Source: Treponemataceae bacterium (GTDB taxonomy: Bacteria; Spirochaetota; Spirochaetia; Treponematales; Rectinemataceae). Taken from it: a stretch of DNA of 64,000 bases. The stretch is from positions 640,001 through 704,000 of the forward strand of contig CAXXVZ010000003.1 of NCBI GenBank assembly GCA_963678065.2, given 5' to 3'. The position numbers and the translations under genes were made by a program. Positions 18,434 through 28,230 of the stretch are shown here, one piece after another. The notes below the pieces were generated by a model. That model made no database searches, had not been told where the DNA came from, and saw only the letters and a list, made by a program, of their open reading frames with translations. Each line of letters begins with the position of its first letter. The first letter of the stretch is position 1.

Positions 18434-20139
18434 GCTGTCTCCTTCTCGACGAAAGCGCCGAGTGCAAGGTATCTCTTGTATAGTTTGTCGTACAGTTTTA
18501 CCCTGACTGGATCGGGCCTGTAGACTCTCTCCGCTCCCGCGCTCATCGATGCCTGTGCATCGAGCACGGTGGGGTAGAGTCCGGCCGCGGTCGCGGCGAA
18601 CATCGCGGCGCCAAGTGCGCAGGACTGGTCGCTCGAGGTGACAGAGATTTCCATGCCGAGGACATCCGCCGTCGTCTGCATGATGAAGGCGCTCTTTCTC
18701 GCGACGCCGCCGACAGCGGCCACCTTGCTGACTGGAACACCCTCGGAGCTGAGGCGCTCGACTATCGCCCGCGAGCCGAAAGCGGCGGCCTCGACGAGGG
18801 CTCGGTAGACGGCGGGGGCATCGGTGCCGAGGGAAAGTCCCGTGATGGCTCCGGTCAGGCTCTGATCGGCGTCCGGTGTGCGCCGGCCGTTGAGCCAGTC
18901 GAGGGCGAGAACGCCCGACGAGTTCGTCGGGCCTGTAGAGCCGGGCCCGAGGGCGAGGGCAGCCTTCTCCAGTGCGGGGAGGATAGCGTCCTCGAATCCT
19001 GCGGGCACGCCGGCGGCGCCCGGAATGTTGGCGAGAGGCCAGGCGAGGAGCCTCTTGAACCAGGCGAAGATGTCGCCGAAGGCCGACTGCCCGGCCTCGT
19101 AACCGATGAATCCGGGTATGACCGATCCGTCGACCTGTCCGCAGATGCCTGCGACGAGTTTCTCGCCTTCAAAGGCCACTCCCGCGCCAGCCTCTGAAGC
19201 GGCCGCAAGGCGGGGTCCGATGAGGATGTCGCAGGTGCTCGTCCCCATGATTTTGAGGAGGGTACCGGGCGACACATCTCCGCCGACAGCGCCGATGTGC
19301 GCGTCGAAGGCGCCGACCGACACGACGACAGACTCCGGAAGGCCAAGACGGGCGGCCCATTCGGGACAGAGGGTCCCGAAAACCTTGTCCGCCTCGAAGG
19401 TCTCTCTGCCAAGGCTCGGCGCGAGCTCGGCGAGGCGGGGATGAAGGGCGGAAAGAAAGTCCACCGGCGGATAGCCGCCCCAGGACGCGTGCCACATGGC
19501 CTTGTGCCCCGCCGCGCAGCGACTGCGCCTGATGGAGGGAATGTCCGTCACGCCTGCGAGGAGGGCCGGCATCCAGTCGCAGTGCTCTATGATGGTGGAG
19601 GCTGCAAAGGCGACTCCGTGGTTGGTCTCGACGACGCGCAGAGCCTTGGCCCAGAACCATTCCGAGGAATAGATGCCTCCCTCATAGCGGGTATAATCCC
19701 CATCCTCCCAGCTTCGAGCGAGTTCATTGATGCGCTGGGCCTGTGAAAGGCCTGTGTGGTCCTTCCAGAGGATGAACATGGCGTCGGGATCCTCGGCGAA
19801 GCGGGGGGAGAGGGCGAGTGGCACACCGTTCCCGTCCGCGAAACAGGGAGTCGAGCCAGTCGTGTCGATGCACAGAGCTCTGACCTTCTCGGCGGCGCCA
19901 GGACCTGCGGCCGCGAGGGCCCCTCCTACAGCGGCCTCGAGGCTCTCGATGTAATCCAAAGGATGCTGGCGGAAGCGATTGGAGGCGGGGTCGCAGAACA
20001 TGCCGCGCGCCCAGCGGGAATAGGCGCTCACGCCGCTGCCTTTTTCGCTGCCATCCGCCGCGTCGACGACGAGGACCCGGACCGAGTCGGTCCCGTAATC
20101 CACGCCGAGAACATAGTCTCGGTCTTTGGGAATGCTCAT
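18430..20139 (-). CDS. araB: Ribulokinase
   Basis: [32 protein letters not shown] and [10 protein letters not shown] motifs. Coupled to araA. Confidence 0.96.
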   Translation of the reverse strand: MSIPKDRDYVLGVDYGTDSVRVLVVDAADGSEKGSGVSAYSRWARGMFCDPASNRFRQHPLDYIESLEAAVGGALAAAGPGAAEKVRALCIDTTGSTPCFADGNGVPLALSPRFAEDPDAMFILWKDHTGLSQAQRINELARSWEDGDYTRYEGGIYSSEWFWAKALRVVETNHGVAFAASTIIEHCDWMPALLAGVTDIPSIRRSRCAAGHKAMWHASWGGYPPVDFLSALHPRLAELAPSLGRETFEADKVFGTLCPEWAARLGLPESVVVSVGAFDAHIGAVGGDVSPGTLLKIMGTSTCDILIGPRLAAASEAGAGVAFEGEKLVAGICGQVDGSVIPGFIGYEAGQSAFGDIFAWFKRLLAWPLANIPGAAGVPAGFEDAILPALEKAALALGPGSTGPTNSSGVLALDWLNGRRTPDADQSLTGAITGLSLGTDAPAVYRALVEAAAFGSRAIVERLSSEGVPVSKVAAVGGVARKSAFIMQTTADVLGMEISVTSSDQSCALGAAMFAATAAGLYPTVLDAQASMSAGAERVYRPDPVRVKLYDKLYKRYLALGAFVEKETA

Positions 20140-21221
20140 GGTCTCTCCTTCTTGGCCAAGGATGCTGTTCCCGCGGACCGATAGGGTTCGGCGCAGGGAG
20201 CGTTTTCCTTGAAAAACACATCTATCGGCAAAAGCCTCTCATTTTCGACGGGGGAACCGAAGGCGGCTGTGCGGAAAAGAAGCTCGAGGCCTATCCGGGT
20301 CTGCTCTTCAGGTCTCTGGGAAAGGACACAGTCGATTCTGCCTTCGCAGAGAGCTCTGTAGTTCTCGGGGACAAGATCCCACGACACGAGGGCGCAGGCA
20401 GCCTTGCGACCTTCGTCCGAAAGCCAGTGGCCGACATGGTGGCCACTGGCGTTGACGACGAGGATGCCGGAAATATCGTTTTCGCGGGCGAAGAGTCCTT
20501 CCATGAACTCGTGGCGGGAATCCGAGTCGTCGATCCGGCGGCAATCTCCGACGACGGACAGGCGCCCGCGGTCGGAAAGAGCTGCGAGGAAACCCTCGAT
20601 CCTGCGGCCGATATGGATATCTTCGCCGTGCGCGTTGACGGCGGCGAGAATTCCGCGAGGAGCAAGAAGGCAGAGTAGCTTCCCTGCGAGGTATCCGCTC
20701 CGGAACGCATCCTGATAGATCGAGAACCGGGGTCTTCGCCCTTCGATCCATCCATCGAAGAATGCGTAGGGAAGTTCCGGATCGAGGCAATCGAGGAATC
20801 CCGCGAAGTCCTCGGGCAATACGGGGGCGAGCAGAAGTCCGTCTCCGGGCTCCGCCGCCACGGAGGCGAGAATGTTGCGACAGGCGGCTCTGTCGTAGCG
20901 GTCAAAGCTGTCCACGGTGACGGAGACACGGTAGGCCGCGAGTTCTTCGACCGCCCTGTCCACTCCCTCGCGGCAGAGCTTCCAGTATCCCGAATCCTGA
21001 CTGTCTTCGGGCATGACGACACGGAAGCGCCAGTCTTTTCCGAGAGAGAGTTGGCGAGCGATGAGATCGGGCTTGTAATCTCCGTCCCGGGCTATGGTTT
21101 CGATCTTCCTGCGCGTTTCATCCGAGACGCCGCCTCTGTCGTGGAGGACGCGGTCCACAGTGCCGATGGAGACCCCGGCGAGGCGGGCGATTTCCTTCAC
21201 TGTCAGTTTTACCTGTGACAC
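20136..21221 (-). CDS. LacI family regulator of the ara operon
   Basis: HTH LTVKEIARLAGVSIGTVDRVLHDRG. Likely GTG start 21221 after GGAG. Overlaps the araB start. Confidence 0.92.
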   Translation of the reverse strand: MSQVKLTVKEIARLAGVSIGTVDRVLHDRGGVSDETRRKIETIARDGDYKPDLIARQLSLGKDWRFRVVMPEDSQDSGYWKLCREGVDRAVEELAAYRVSVTVDSFDRYDRAACRNILASVAAEPGDGLLLAPVLPEDFAGFLDCLDPELPYAFFDGWIEGRRPRFSIYQDAFRSGYLAGKLLCLLAPRGILAAVNAHGEDIHIGRRIEGFLAALSDRGRLSVVGDCRRIDDSDSRHEFMEGLFARENDISGILVVNASGHHVGHWLSDEGRKAACALVSWDLVPENYRALCEGRIDCVLSQRPEEQTRIGLELLFRTAAFGSPVENERLLPIDVFFKENAPCAEPYRSAGTASLAKKERP

Positions 21222-21226
21222 GTTCG

Positions 21227-21278
21227 CTCCGTGAACGTACACGAGAGGAGATTGAAAGCACCGTGTACGTTCACGGAG
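21227..21278. promoter_or_regulatory. Paired LacI-type operators (perfect 17-bp inverted repeat)
   Basis: CTCCGTGAACGTACACG-18 bp-CGTGTACGTTCACGGAG. Each arm is a CG-centred quasi-palindrome. Confidence 0.8.
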
Positions 21279-21281
21279 AAA

Positions 21282-21310
21282 ATCTTAGCACAAGTTTAGG
21301 TGGCCGTCAA
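21282..21310 (-). promoter_or_regulatory. Sigma70 promoter of the lacI-araB-araA operon
   Basis: Minus strand TTGACG-17 bp-TAAGAT with an extended -10 TG, immediately upstream of the operators. Confidence 0.75.
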
Positions 21311-21334
21311 CGAAGAATCGCGCATCAGTCGGTG

Positions 21335-22192
21335 TCAGCCCCGGGCAGCGCGGCGCGCCGACACCGCGGAAGAGGCGGTGACGGACAGAAGGATTATGAG
21401 GCCGCCCGCGATGCTCGCGGGGCCAGGGAGTTCACCTGTGGCGAGGAAAACCCAGAAGGGGTTGCAGACGGGCTCGATGCCGGCGACGAGGATGCCCTGG
21501 AGAGCCGTGATGCGCTTGATCCCGTAAGAGAGAAGAACCGTCGCGAGTCCTATCTGGACGACGCCGAGTACGAGGATGACGCCGGCGGAGCGCACAGTGA
21601 TCTGGGGCGCGGGGAGGAAACAGGCGATCGCTGCGGCGATGATCATCGTGAATATGTGGGCCAAAAGCCCCGATTCCAGAGGAGATCCGTCCTTCTGCAT
21701 GCGCATGAAGACAAAATAGAAGGCGAAGGTGATGCCCGAGGCGACCGCCGCGATATTGCCCGCGAGGTTTCCTCCCGAGATGTCATCCTTGAAAAAAAGG
21801 ACCATGCCGAAGGCGATGCAGACGAGGGCTATCCAGTGTTCGGGTCGAACTTTCTCTTTCAGAAAGATGAAGCCGAAGAAGGCTGTATAGATGGGAGCGC
21901 CATACTGCAGAAGGATGGCGTTGGCCGAACTCGTCGTCTTGTTGGCGTAGATGAAGAGAAGCATGGTGAGCGCCGAGCAGACGGCGGCCGCGAGCTGGGG
22001 AAACGAGAAGGTGAAATGCGGTTTTTTGAGCCAGACCAGGATGAAGATACCGGCCACGAAGCTCCTGCCCGCGGCGATGGCGAAGGGGTTCCAGTCGATG
22101 AGCTTGATGAGGATGCCCGCGATGCTCCACAGGAAGGCACAGCCTGCCACGGCGACGAGACCGGCGACGTTGTACGGAGATTTCGAATTCAT
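21335..22192 (-). CDS. DMT/EamA family transporter
   Basis: About 10 TM segments; ANAILLQYGAPIY and IEPVCNPFW motifs. Confidence 0.9.
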   Translation of the reverse strand: MNSKSPYNVAGLVAVAGCAFLWSIAGILIKLIDWNPFAIAAGRSFVAGIFILVWLKKPHFTFSFPQLAAAVCSALTMLLFIYANKTTSSANAILLQYGAPIYTAFFGFIFLKEKVRPEHWIALVCIAFGMVLFFKDDISGGNLAGNIAAVASGITFAFYFVFMRMQKDGSPLESGLLAHIFTMIIAAAIACFLPAPQITVRSAGVILVLGVVQIGLATVLLSYGIKRITALQGILVAGIEPVCNPFWVFLATGELPGPASIAGGLIILLSVTASSAVSARRAARG

Positions 22193-22268
22193 TGTCCGCG
22201 GATGCTAGCCTGAAAAACATGAACGGAACAATGGGGCCATCGCTCGTCGGACCGCGGACTCCGTCAGC

Positions 22269-22649
22269 TCAGATCCCACCGAATCCTATCCGCTCTCCCG
22301 CGAGGATACCTGCGGCCGCGCAGAAGAATCCGCCGAGATTGGCGATGGCGGCCACGAGGAGGGCGGCGCCGATCCTCCCTGTCCGCAGGGAGGACACGAT
22401 GTCGAGGGTGTATGTCGAAAAGGTGGTGAAACCGCCGAGGAAGCCGGTCATGAGGAGGAGGCGTGCGGCGGGCGAGATGAGGTTCCGGCCGAAAAAGGAA
22501 AAAACGAGGCCGATCAGGAAGGATCCCGCCAGGTTGATGGCGAGGGTCGTCGCCCCGACGCCGAGACCTATCGTCTTCCCGGCGAGACCCACGAGATGCC
22601 GCGCGACGGCTCCCGCGCCCCCGCCCGCGAATACCAACACAAAATCCAT
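22269..22649 (-). CDS. crcB: Fluoride channel Fluc
   Basis: GGGAGAVAR, TLAINLAGSFLIG and TGFLGGFTTFST signature. GGAGG before ATG 22649. Confidence 0.93.
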   Translation of the reverse strand: MDFVLVFAGGGAGAVARHLVGLAGKTIGLGVGATTLAINLAGSFLIGLVFSFFGRNLISPAARLLLMTGFLGGFTTFSTYTLDIVSSLRTGRIGAALLVAAIANLGGFFCAAAGILAGERIGFGGI

Positions 22650-22675
22650 GGGAAGCACCTCCAGGGCCGGATCAC

Positions 22676-25600
22676 TCAAACATACTCTTCCCAGGGCTTG
22701 ATCTCCAATCCCTTCTCTTTGTTGTACAGGAGGGCGTCGGTCAACTGCTTGGCCACCTTGATGTCAGTGATGAGAGGGATGTCGAAATCGATGGCCATAC
22801 GGCGGATAAGATAGTCGTTGCGCAGCTCCGTGTCCCGATTGTTCTTGGGCACGTTGATGACGAGGTCGAACTCGCGCGCGCGCAGCATGGTGGCGATGTT
22901 CGGCTCTTTGCGGTCGAGTGGCCAGTACAACGGTGTCGTCACGACGCCGTTGTCCGCGAGAAACTGAGCAGTTCCTTTGGAGGCATACAGTTCGTAACCC
23001 ATGCTGGTAAGTTTTCTTGCGCCTTCGAGGAAGTCGAGCTTGTTCTCGAGCGGCCCCGTGGAGAGGAGTATCTTCTTGCACGGCACACGGTAGCCGACCG
23101 AGAGCATGGCCTTGAGGAAGGCGTCGTCGAGATCGGTGCCGATGCAGCCGACTTCGCCGGTGGAGGCCATCTCGACTCCGGGGACCGGGTCGGCGCCGTG
23201 GAGGCGGGAGAAGCTGAATTGGGCCGCCTTGACTCCGACCCAATCGAGGTCGAGAGCCGAGGAGGGCGCCTTCTGGATCTCGGCGTCGAGCATGGCGCGG
23301 GTGGCCATCTCGATCATGTTGACGCGGCTGACCTTGGAGCAGAAGGGGAAACTGCGCGAGGCCCTGAGGTTGCACTCGATGACGCGGACCCGGTTGCGCT
23401 GCGCGAGAAACTGAATGTTGAAAGGACCGGTGATGTCGAGGGAGGCGGCTATCCTGCCAGCGATTTTGCGGATCTTGCGGATGGTCTCGATGTAGAGCCT
23501 CTGCGCGGGGAGGACGACTGTGGCGTCGCCGGAGTGGACGCCTGCGTTCTCGATGTGCTCGGTTATGGCGTGGAAGAGTATTTCGCCGCGTTTGGCGACG
23601 GCGTCGATCTCGATCTCCTTGGAGTTCTCGACGAACTTGGAGATGACGACAGGGTGGTCCTCGGAGACTTCGGCGGCCATGCCGAGGAAGCGCTCGAGGC
23701 TCTCGTCGTCCCAGGCGACATTCATGGCTGCGCCGGAGAGCACGTAGCTCGGGCGGATGAGGACGGGGTAGCCGACGTCGCGTGCGAAATTCTTGGCCGA
23801 TTCGGTGTCCGTGAGTTCGCGCCAGGCGGGCTGCTCGATGCCAAGAGTGTCGAGGAGGGCGGAGAACTTGTTGCGGTCCTCGGCCTTGTCGATGTTGGCC
23901 GGGCTCGTGCCGAAAATGACCGCTCCCGCATCGTACAGTTTCATGGCGAGGTTGTTCGGGATCTGGCCTCCCATGGAGAGAATGAGTCCCTCGGGACACT
24001 CGCGCTCATAGATGTCGAGCACTCGCTCGAGGCTCAGCTCCTCGAAGTAGAGCCTGTCGCATACATCGTAGTCGGTGCTCACCGTTTCCGGGTTGCAGTT
24101 CACCATTATCGTATGTTTTTGTAGACTTCGTGAAGTCTGTACGGCGTTGACGCAGCACCAGTCGAACTCGACGCTCGACCCGATCCGGTAGGAGCCCGAG
24201 CCGAGGACCATGACACCTTTGTTGGATGGTTCGACATCGTCGGAGATGCCCGAATAGGTCATGTAGAGGTAGTTCGTCCGCGCGGGATATTCGGCCGCGA
24301 GGGTGTCTATCTGCTTGATGGCCGGCTTGATGTCGAGCTCGTCGCGGAGCTTGCGGATCTGATTTTCGCTCGCGCCGACGAGGCTTCCGATGCGGGCGTC
24401 GGAAAATCCGAGACGTTTCGCGTGGCAAAGGAGGGCTTTGGCAGGCAGGCCCTCGCCCGCACGGAGTTCCGTTTCGCAGGCGAGGATATTCACCATTTTC
24501 CCGAGGAACCAGCGGTCGATCTTTGTCATGGAATGGATTTTCTCGACGCTCCAGCCCTCGGAGAGGGCCTTGTACACGGCGAAAATCCGTCTGTCCGTGG
24601 GAATCCCGAGAGCTTCCTTCACCGTGGTGAAGCCTGCGCCGAGAATGCTTGGTTCTGCGCAGAGACCTGGCGCTCCGATGCCTGTCATTCTGAGGGCCTT
24701 CTGGAGGGCTTCCTCGAAGGTCCGTCCAATGGACATGACCTCCCCGACGGATTTCATCTCGCTGCCGATGCTGACCTCGACATTCTTGAACTTGGCGAGG
24801 TCCCATCGGGGAACTTTGACGACGACATAGTCGAGGGCGGGCTCGAAACAGGACATTGTCACCCGGGTGATGCGGTTTTCGATGTCGGCGAGCGAGTATC
24901 CGAGGGCGAGTTTTGTTGCCACGAAGGCGAGGGGATAGCCGGTGGCCTTGGAGGCGAGGGCTGAGCTTCGCGAGAGGCGCGCGTTCACCTCGATGATGCG
25001 GTAATCCTCCGAGTCGGGATCGAGGGCATACTGGATGTTGCACTCGCCGACTATGCCGATGTGGCGGATGACCTCGATGGCGATGCGCCTCAATTTGTGG
25101 TATTCGGCGTCGGTGAGGGTCTGGGAGGGCGCGACGACGATGCTCTCTCCGGTGTGGATGCCCAGGGGGTCGAAGTTCTCCATGTTGCAGACGGTGATGC
25201 AGTTGTCGAAACGGTCCCTTACGACCTCGTACTCGATTTCCTTCCAGCCGCCGAGCCACTCTTCGACGAGGACCTGGGGAGAGACCGAGAAGGCTTTTTC
25301 GCAGCGTTTGCGGAGTTCGGCCTCGTTCCGGCAGATGCCGGAGCCTGAGCCGCCGAGTGCGTACGCTACGCGGATCATGACAGGATAGCCGATAGCCTCG
25401 GCCGACAGGACGGCATCGTCCGTGTTCGTCGCAGCCGAGCTGCGGGGTGTCTTTGCGCCGATCTGGTCGAGCTTTTTGACGAAGAGGTCGCGATCCTCCG
25501 TTTCCTCGATCGCGCTGACCGGCGTGCCGAGCACTGTGACGCCGTGCCGGGCGAGGGTTCCGTCCCTGTGGAGGGCCACGCCGCAGTTGAGCGCGGTCTG

Positions 25601-25867
25601 GCCACCGAAGGAGAGGAGGATGCCGTCGGGATTCTCCTTCTCGATGACCTTTGTGACGAATTCCGGAGTGACTGGCAGGAAGTAGGTCGCGTCCGCCATC
25701 CCTTCGCTCGTCTGGATGGTGGCAATGTTCGGATTGATGAGCACGGTCTTGATTCCCTCTTCCCTGAGGGCTTTGAGGGCCTGTGAACCCGAATAGTCGA
25801 ACTCGCCCGCCTGGCCGATCTTGAGTCCGCCGGATCCGAGGATGAGTATTTTGCTGGGTTTGCTCAT
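22676..25867 (-). CDS. carB: Carbamoyl-phosphate synthase large subunit
   Basis: KILILGSGGLKIGQAGEFDYSGSQA, GIHTGES, EVNARLSRSSALASKATG, duplicated ATP-grasp and MGS domain. Real start ATG 25867. Confidence 0.98.
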   Translation of the reverse strand: MSKPSKILILGSGGLKIGQAGEFDYSGSQALKALREEGIKTVLINPNIATIQTSEGMADATYFLPVTPEFVTKVIEKENPDGILLSFGGQTALNCGVALHRDGTLARHGVTVLGTPVSAIEETEDRDLFVKKLDQIGAKTPRSSAATNTDDAVLSAEAIGYPVMIRVAYALGGSGSGICRNEAELRKRCEKAFSVSPQVLVEEWLGGWKEIEYEVVRDRFDNCITVCNMENFDPLGIHTGESIVVAPSQTLTDAEYHKLRRIAIEVIRHIGIVGECNIQYALDPDSEDYRIIEVNARLSRSSALASKATGYPLAFVATKLALGYSLADIENRITRVTMSCFEPALDYVVVKVPRWDLAKFKNVEVSIGSEMKSVGEVMSIGRTFEEALQKALRMTGIGAPGLCAEPSILGAGFTTVKEALGIPTDRRIFAVYKALSEGWSVEKIHSMTKIDRWFLGKMVNILACETELRAGEGLPAKALLCHAKRLGFSDARIGSLVGASENQIRKLRDELDIKPAIKQIDTLAAEYPARTNYLYMTYSGISDDVEPSNKGVMVLGSGSYRIGSSVEFDWCCVNAVQTSRSLQKHTIMVNCNPETVSTDYDVCDRLYFEELSLERVLDIYERECPEGLILSMGGQIPNNLAMKLYDAGAVIFGTSPANIDKAEDRNKFSALLDTLGIEQPAWRELTDTESAKNFARDVGYPVLIRPSYVLSGAAMNVAWDDESLERFLGMAAEVSEDHPVVISKFVENSKEIEIDAVAKRGEILFHAITEHIENAGVHSGDATVVLPAQRLYIETIRKIRKIAGRIAASLDITGPFNIQFLAQRNRVRVIECNLRASRSFPFCSKVSRVNMIEMATRAMLDAEIQKAPSSALDLDWVGVKAAQFSFSRLHGADPVPGVEMASTGEVGCIGTDLDDAFLKAMLSVGYRVPCKKILLSTGPLENKLDFLEGARKLTSMGYELYASKGTAQFLADNGVVTTPLYWPLDRKEPNIATMLRAREFDLVINVPKNNRDTELRNDYLIRRMAIDFDIPLITDIKVAKQLTDALLYNKEKGLEIKPWEEYV

Positions 25868-27114
25868 GCCCGGCTCCTTTTTACGAGGTCGATGAATCTG
25901 TCTATGAGGAATTCCGTATCCCGGGGGCCGGGACAGCCTTCGGGATGGAACTGGACGGCGGAGAAGAGGCCGTCCGAGGAGCGGATACCCTCGATCGTGC
26001 CATCGTTGGCGTTGAGAAACCAGGGTTCCCAACCAGCGGGGAGGGTGTTGCCCCGGACGGCGTAACCGTGGTTCTGACTCGTGATGTAGCAGCGCTTCGT
26101 TCCCACCTCGACGCAGGGCTGATTCTGGCTACGGTGGCCGTATGGCAGTTTGTACGTGTCGGCTCCCGCGGCGAGGGCGAGGATCTGGTTGCCGAGGCAG
26201 ATGCCAAAGACCGGCTTGCGACCGCGGAGGCTCCGGCGCAGTGTGGCGATCGTCTTTCCGCAGGCCTTCGGGTCCCCGGGGCCGTTGGAGAGGAAAATTC
26301 CATCGTAGTCGAGTCCTTCGAGATCGTGGTTCCAGGGAACTTGGATAACGCGGACTTTGCGGGCGAGGAGGCAGCGCAGGATGTTGGCCTTGGCTCCGCA
26401 ATCCACGAGAACGATGGTGGGGACACCCGGGTCCGTTGCGCAAAGCTGTCCGGCAGTCTCCGCCGCGGGGTGGGGGATGGTCGTCCCTCCTGCTCCCTGC
26501 GAGAGCGGGAATTCCGCGACTGTTCCGCTCGAAGGGTCGTAGATGCGGACTGTCTGGGGCGAGACTTCGGCGACAGGGTGGCCCTGAACTCCGGCGTGGG
26601 CTGACATTCCCGGGCTGCCGGGCTGCCGCGTCTGTGCCCGGACATCGCCAGGACAGTCCTGCGCGCCATCCCCACCGATAAGGATCCTTCCGTTCATGAC
26701 TCCGCGGTTGCGGAGCAGCTTGGTCAGGGCTCGCGTGTCGATGCCGCCGATGCCCGGGATACCCTGGGCGTCCATCCAGTCGGCGAGGGTTGTCGAGCAC
26801 GCAAAATGACTTGGCTCAGAGCATACTTCCCCGACGATGAAGCCCGCGGCCTGGATGCGATCGGACTCGAATTGCAGAGGTATTCCGTAACAGTCCCTGC
26901 GGAATTCGGGAACGCCGTAGTTTCCGACAAGGGGGAAGGTGGAAACGAGAATCTGTCCTCGAAAGGAGGGATCTGTGAGGTATTGCGGGTAGCCAGTCAT
27001 GCCGGTCGTGAATACGACTTCGCCGCTGACTGAAGCGGATTTTCCGAAAGACAGACCCTCGAAGCACGTTCCGTCTTCAAGGACGAGCCGGGCTGGAATT
27101 TCTTCTCTCTGCAA
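25864..27114 (-). CDS. carA: Carbamoyl-phosphate synthase small subunit
   Basis: GEVVFTTGMTGY..TDPS, LSNGPGDP, GICLGNQ, SQNHG and QFHPE. TTG start after AAGGAG. Confidence 0.97.
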   Translation of the reverse strand: MQREEIPARLVLEDGTCFEGLSFGKSASVSGEVVFTTGMTGYPQYLTDPSFRGQILVSTFPLVGNYGVPEFRRDCYGIPLQFESDRIQAAGFIVGEVCSEPSHFACSTTLADWMDAQGIPGIGGIDTRALTKLLRNRGVMNGRILIGGDGAQDCPGDVRAQTRQPGSPGMSAHAGVQGHPVAEVSPQTVRIYDPSSGTVAEFPLSQGAGGTTIPHPAAETAGQLCATDPGVPTIVLVDCGAKANILRCLLARKVRVIQVPWNHDLEGLDYDGIFLSNGPGDPKACGKTIATLRRSLRGRKPVFGICLGNQILALAAGADTYKLPYGHRSQNQPCVEVGTKRCYITSQNHGYAVRGNTLPAGWEPWFLNANDGTIEGIRSSDGLFSAVQFHPEGCPGPRDTEFLIDRFIDLVKRSRA

Positions 27115-27141
27115 ACGATATCTCCTTCCGGTGGATATCGT

Positions 27142-27198
27142 CTACAGTGAATCGATGAGCCACCGGTTCGCCACCAGGGAGTCCCGCACGTTTTCCAC
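27142..27198 (-). CDS. Putative 18-aa leader peptide upstream of carA (MENVRDSLVANRWLIDSL)
   Basis: AGGAG then GTG...TAG, directly downstream of a TTGCAT-18-TATCTT promoter candidate. SD spacing is short. Confidence 0.35.
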   Translation of the reverse strand: MENVRDSLVANRWLIDSL

Positions 27199-27295
27199 GG
27201 TCTCCTGATGTTGAATGAAGATACCGAAATTTCTGTATTTTATGCAATACCCTTTCGATATTCCCGATTACCCAGCATTCTGGCTTTGCGCTTTC

Positions 27296-28192
27296 TCAAA
27301 GTTTTTCCACGGAGTAGGCGACTCGCGTAGCGTGCGAGGTGCCCGAGAGGAGGGTTATGCGCCCGTCGAGGCAGGTCGCGGTCTCGACGCAGAGAAATTC
27401 CTTCCACCCTTCTCCGATCTCGGCATTTTTGCCTGCCGCAGCAGCCCAGGGATTCCAGACGACAGTGGCCCCGGAGCCGGATTTTTCGACGCGTATCTTC
27501 CGTCCCATGACCGGGTCGACGATGGCGCAGGAGGCAGGATCGCGCATGTATGCGTTGACAGTTTCGCCCGAGAGGACGAGGGTGCCGTGCTGGACCGCCC
27601 GTGAGTCTGACTTCATCCTGTCGATGTAGGCCACGCCGTCCATGCCCGTCACTTCGGCCTGGGCGGGATCTCCGACCTTGAAATACGTGTGCAGGCAGTC
27701 TTCGTACGTGAATGGCTCGCCGCCTGTGTTGGTCGCCTCGAGTTCGCACTCGAGAGTCTTCCCCACAGTGAAGGTCATGCCGAGGCGGAAGTCATGGGGC
27801 CAGTAAGCGCGGGAAGCGCCGTCGGAAGCCGTCGAGAGCGCAATCCTCGTCCGTCCGTCGGAGAGTGTCGCGGTTGAACGCAATTCCCAGACCCTGTAGC
27901 GGACGAAACCGTGGACGGGAAAAGTTTTTTCGCTGCGATGAGGGCCAAACCAGGGGAAACAGACGGGGACGCCGCCGCGGATTCCCTTTCCGATCTCGAA
28001 GGGGCTCGCAGGGCTCACCCACAGGACCGGCTCTTCGCCCGCGGGCCTGAAATGGGTCAGGTGGCCGGCATAGAGCATGAGTTCGGCTTCGGCGTGGACA
28101 TTGGTGACGCGGATTACGGGAAGTCCGCCCGGACCTTCGGAGATGCTCAGAGTCCCTGGCAATTCGAATGCTTTCAGATCCTTCAGTTCCAT
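27296..28192 (-). CDS. D-hexose-6-phosphate mutarotase / aldose 1-epimerase family
   Basis: IRGGVPVCFPWFG, HGFVR, LHTYF, VVWNPW and FLCVE motifs. Confidence 0.93.
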   Translation of the reverse strand: MELKDLKAFELPGTLSISEGPGGLPVIRVTNVHAEAELMLYAGHLTHFRPAGEEPVLWVSPASPFEIGKGIRGGVPVCFPWFGPHRSEKTFPVHGFVRYRVWELRSTATLSDGRTRIALSTASDGASRAYWPHDFRLGMTFTVGKTLECELEATNTGGEPFTYEDCLHTYFKVGDPAQAEVTGMDGVAYIDRMKSDSRAVQHGTLVLSGETVNAYMRDPASCAIVDPVMGRKIRVEKSGSGATVVWNPWAAAAGKNAEIGEGWKEFLCVETATCLDGRITLLSGTSHATRVAYSVEKL

Positions 28193-28230
28193 GTTCTGCT
28201 CCTTCGCCGGAACAAGTCCGGTCTCTTCAA

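Noticed and set aside
22650..22760. Fluoride riboswitch upstream of crcB
   Set aside because: Only 26 bp are intergenic and no recognisable aptamer consensus is present.
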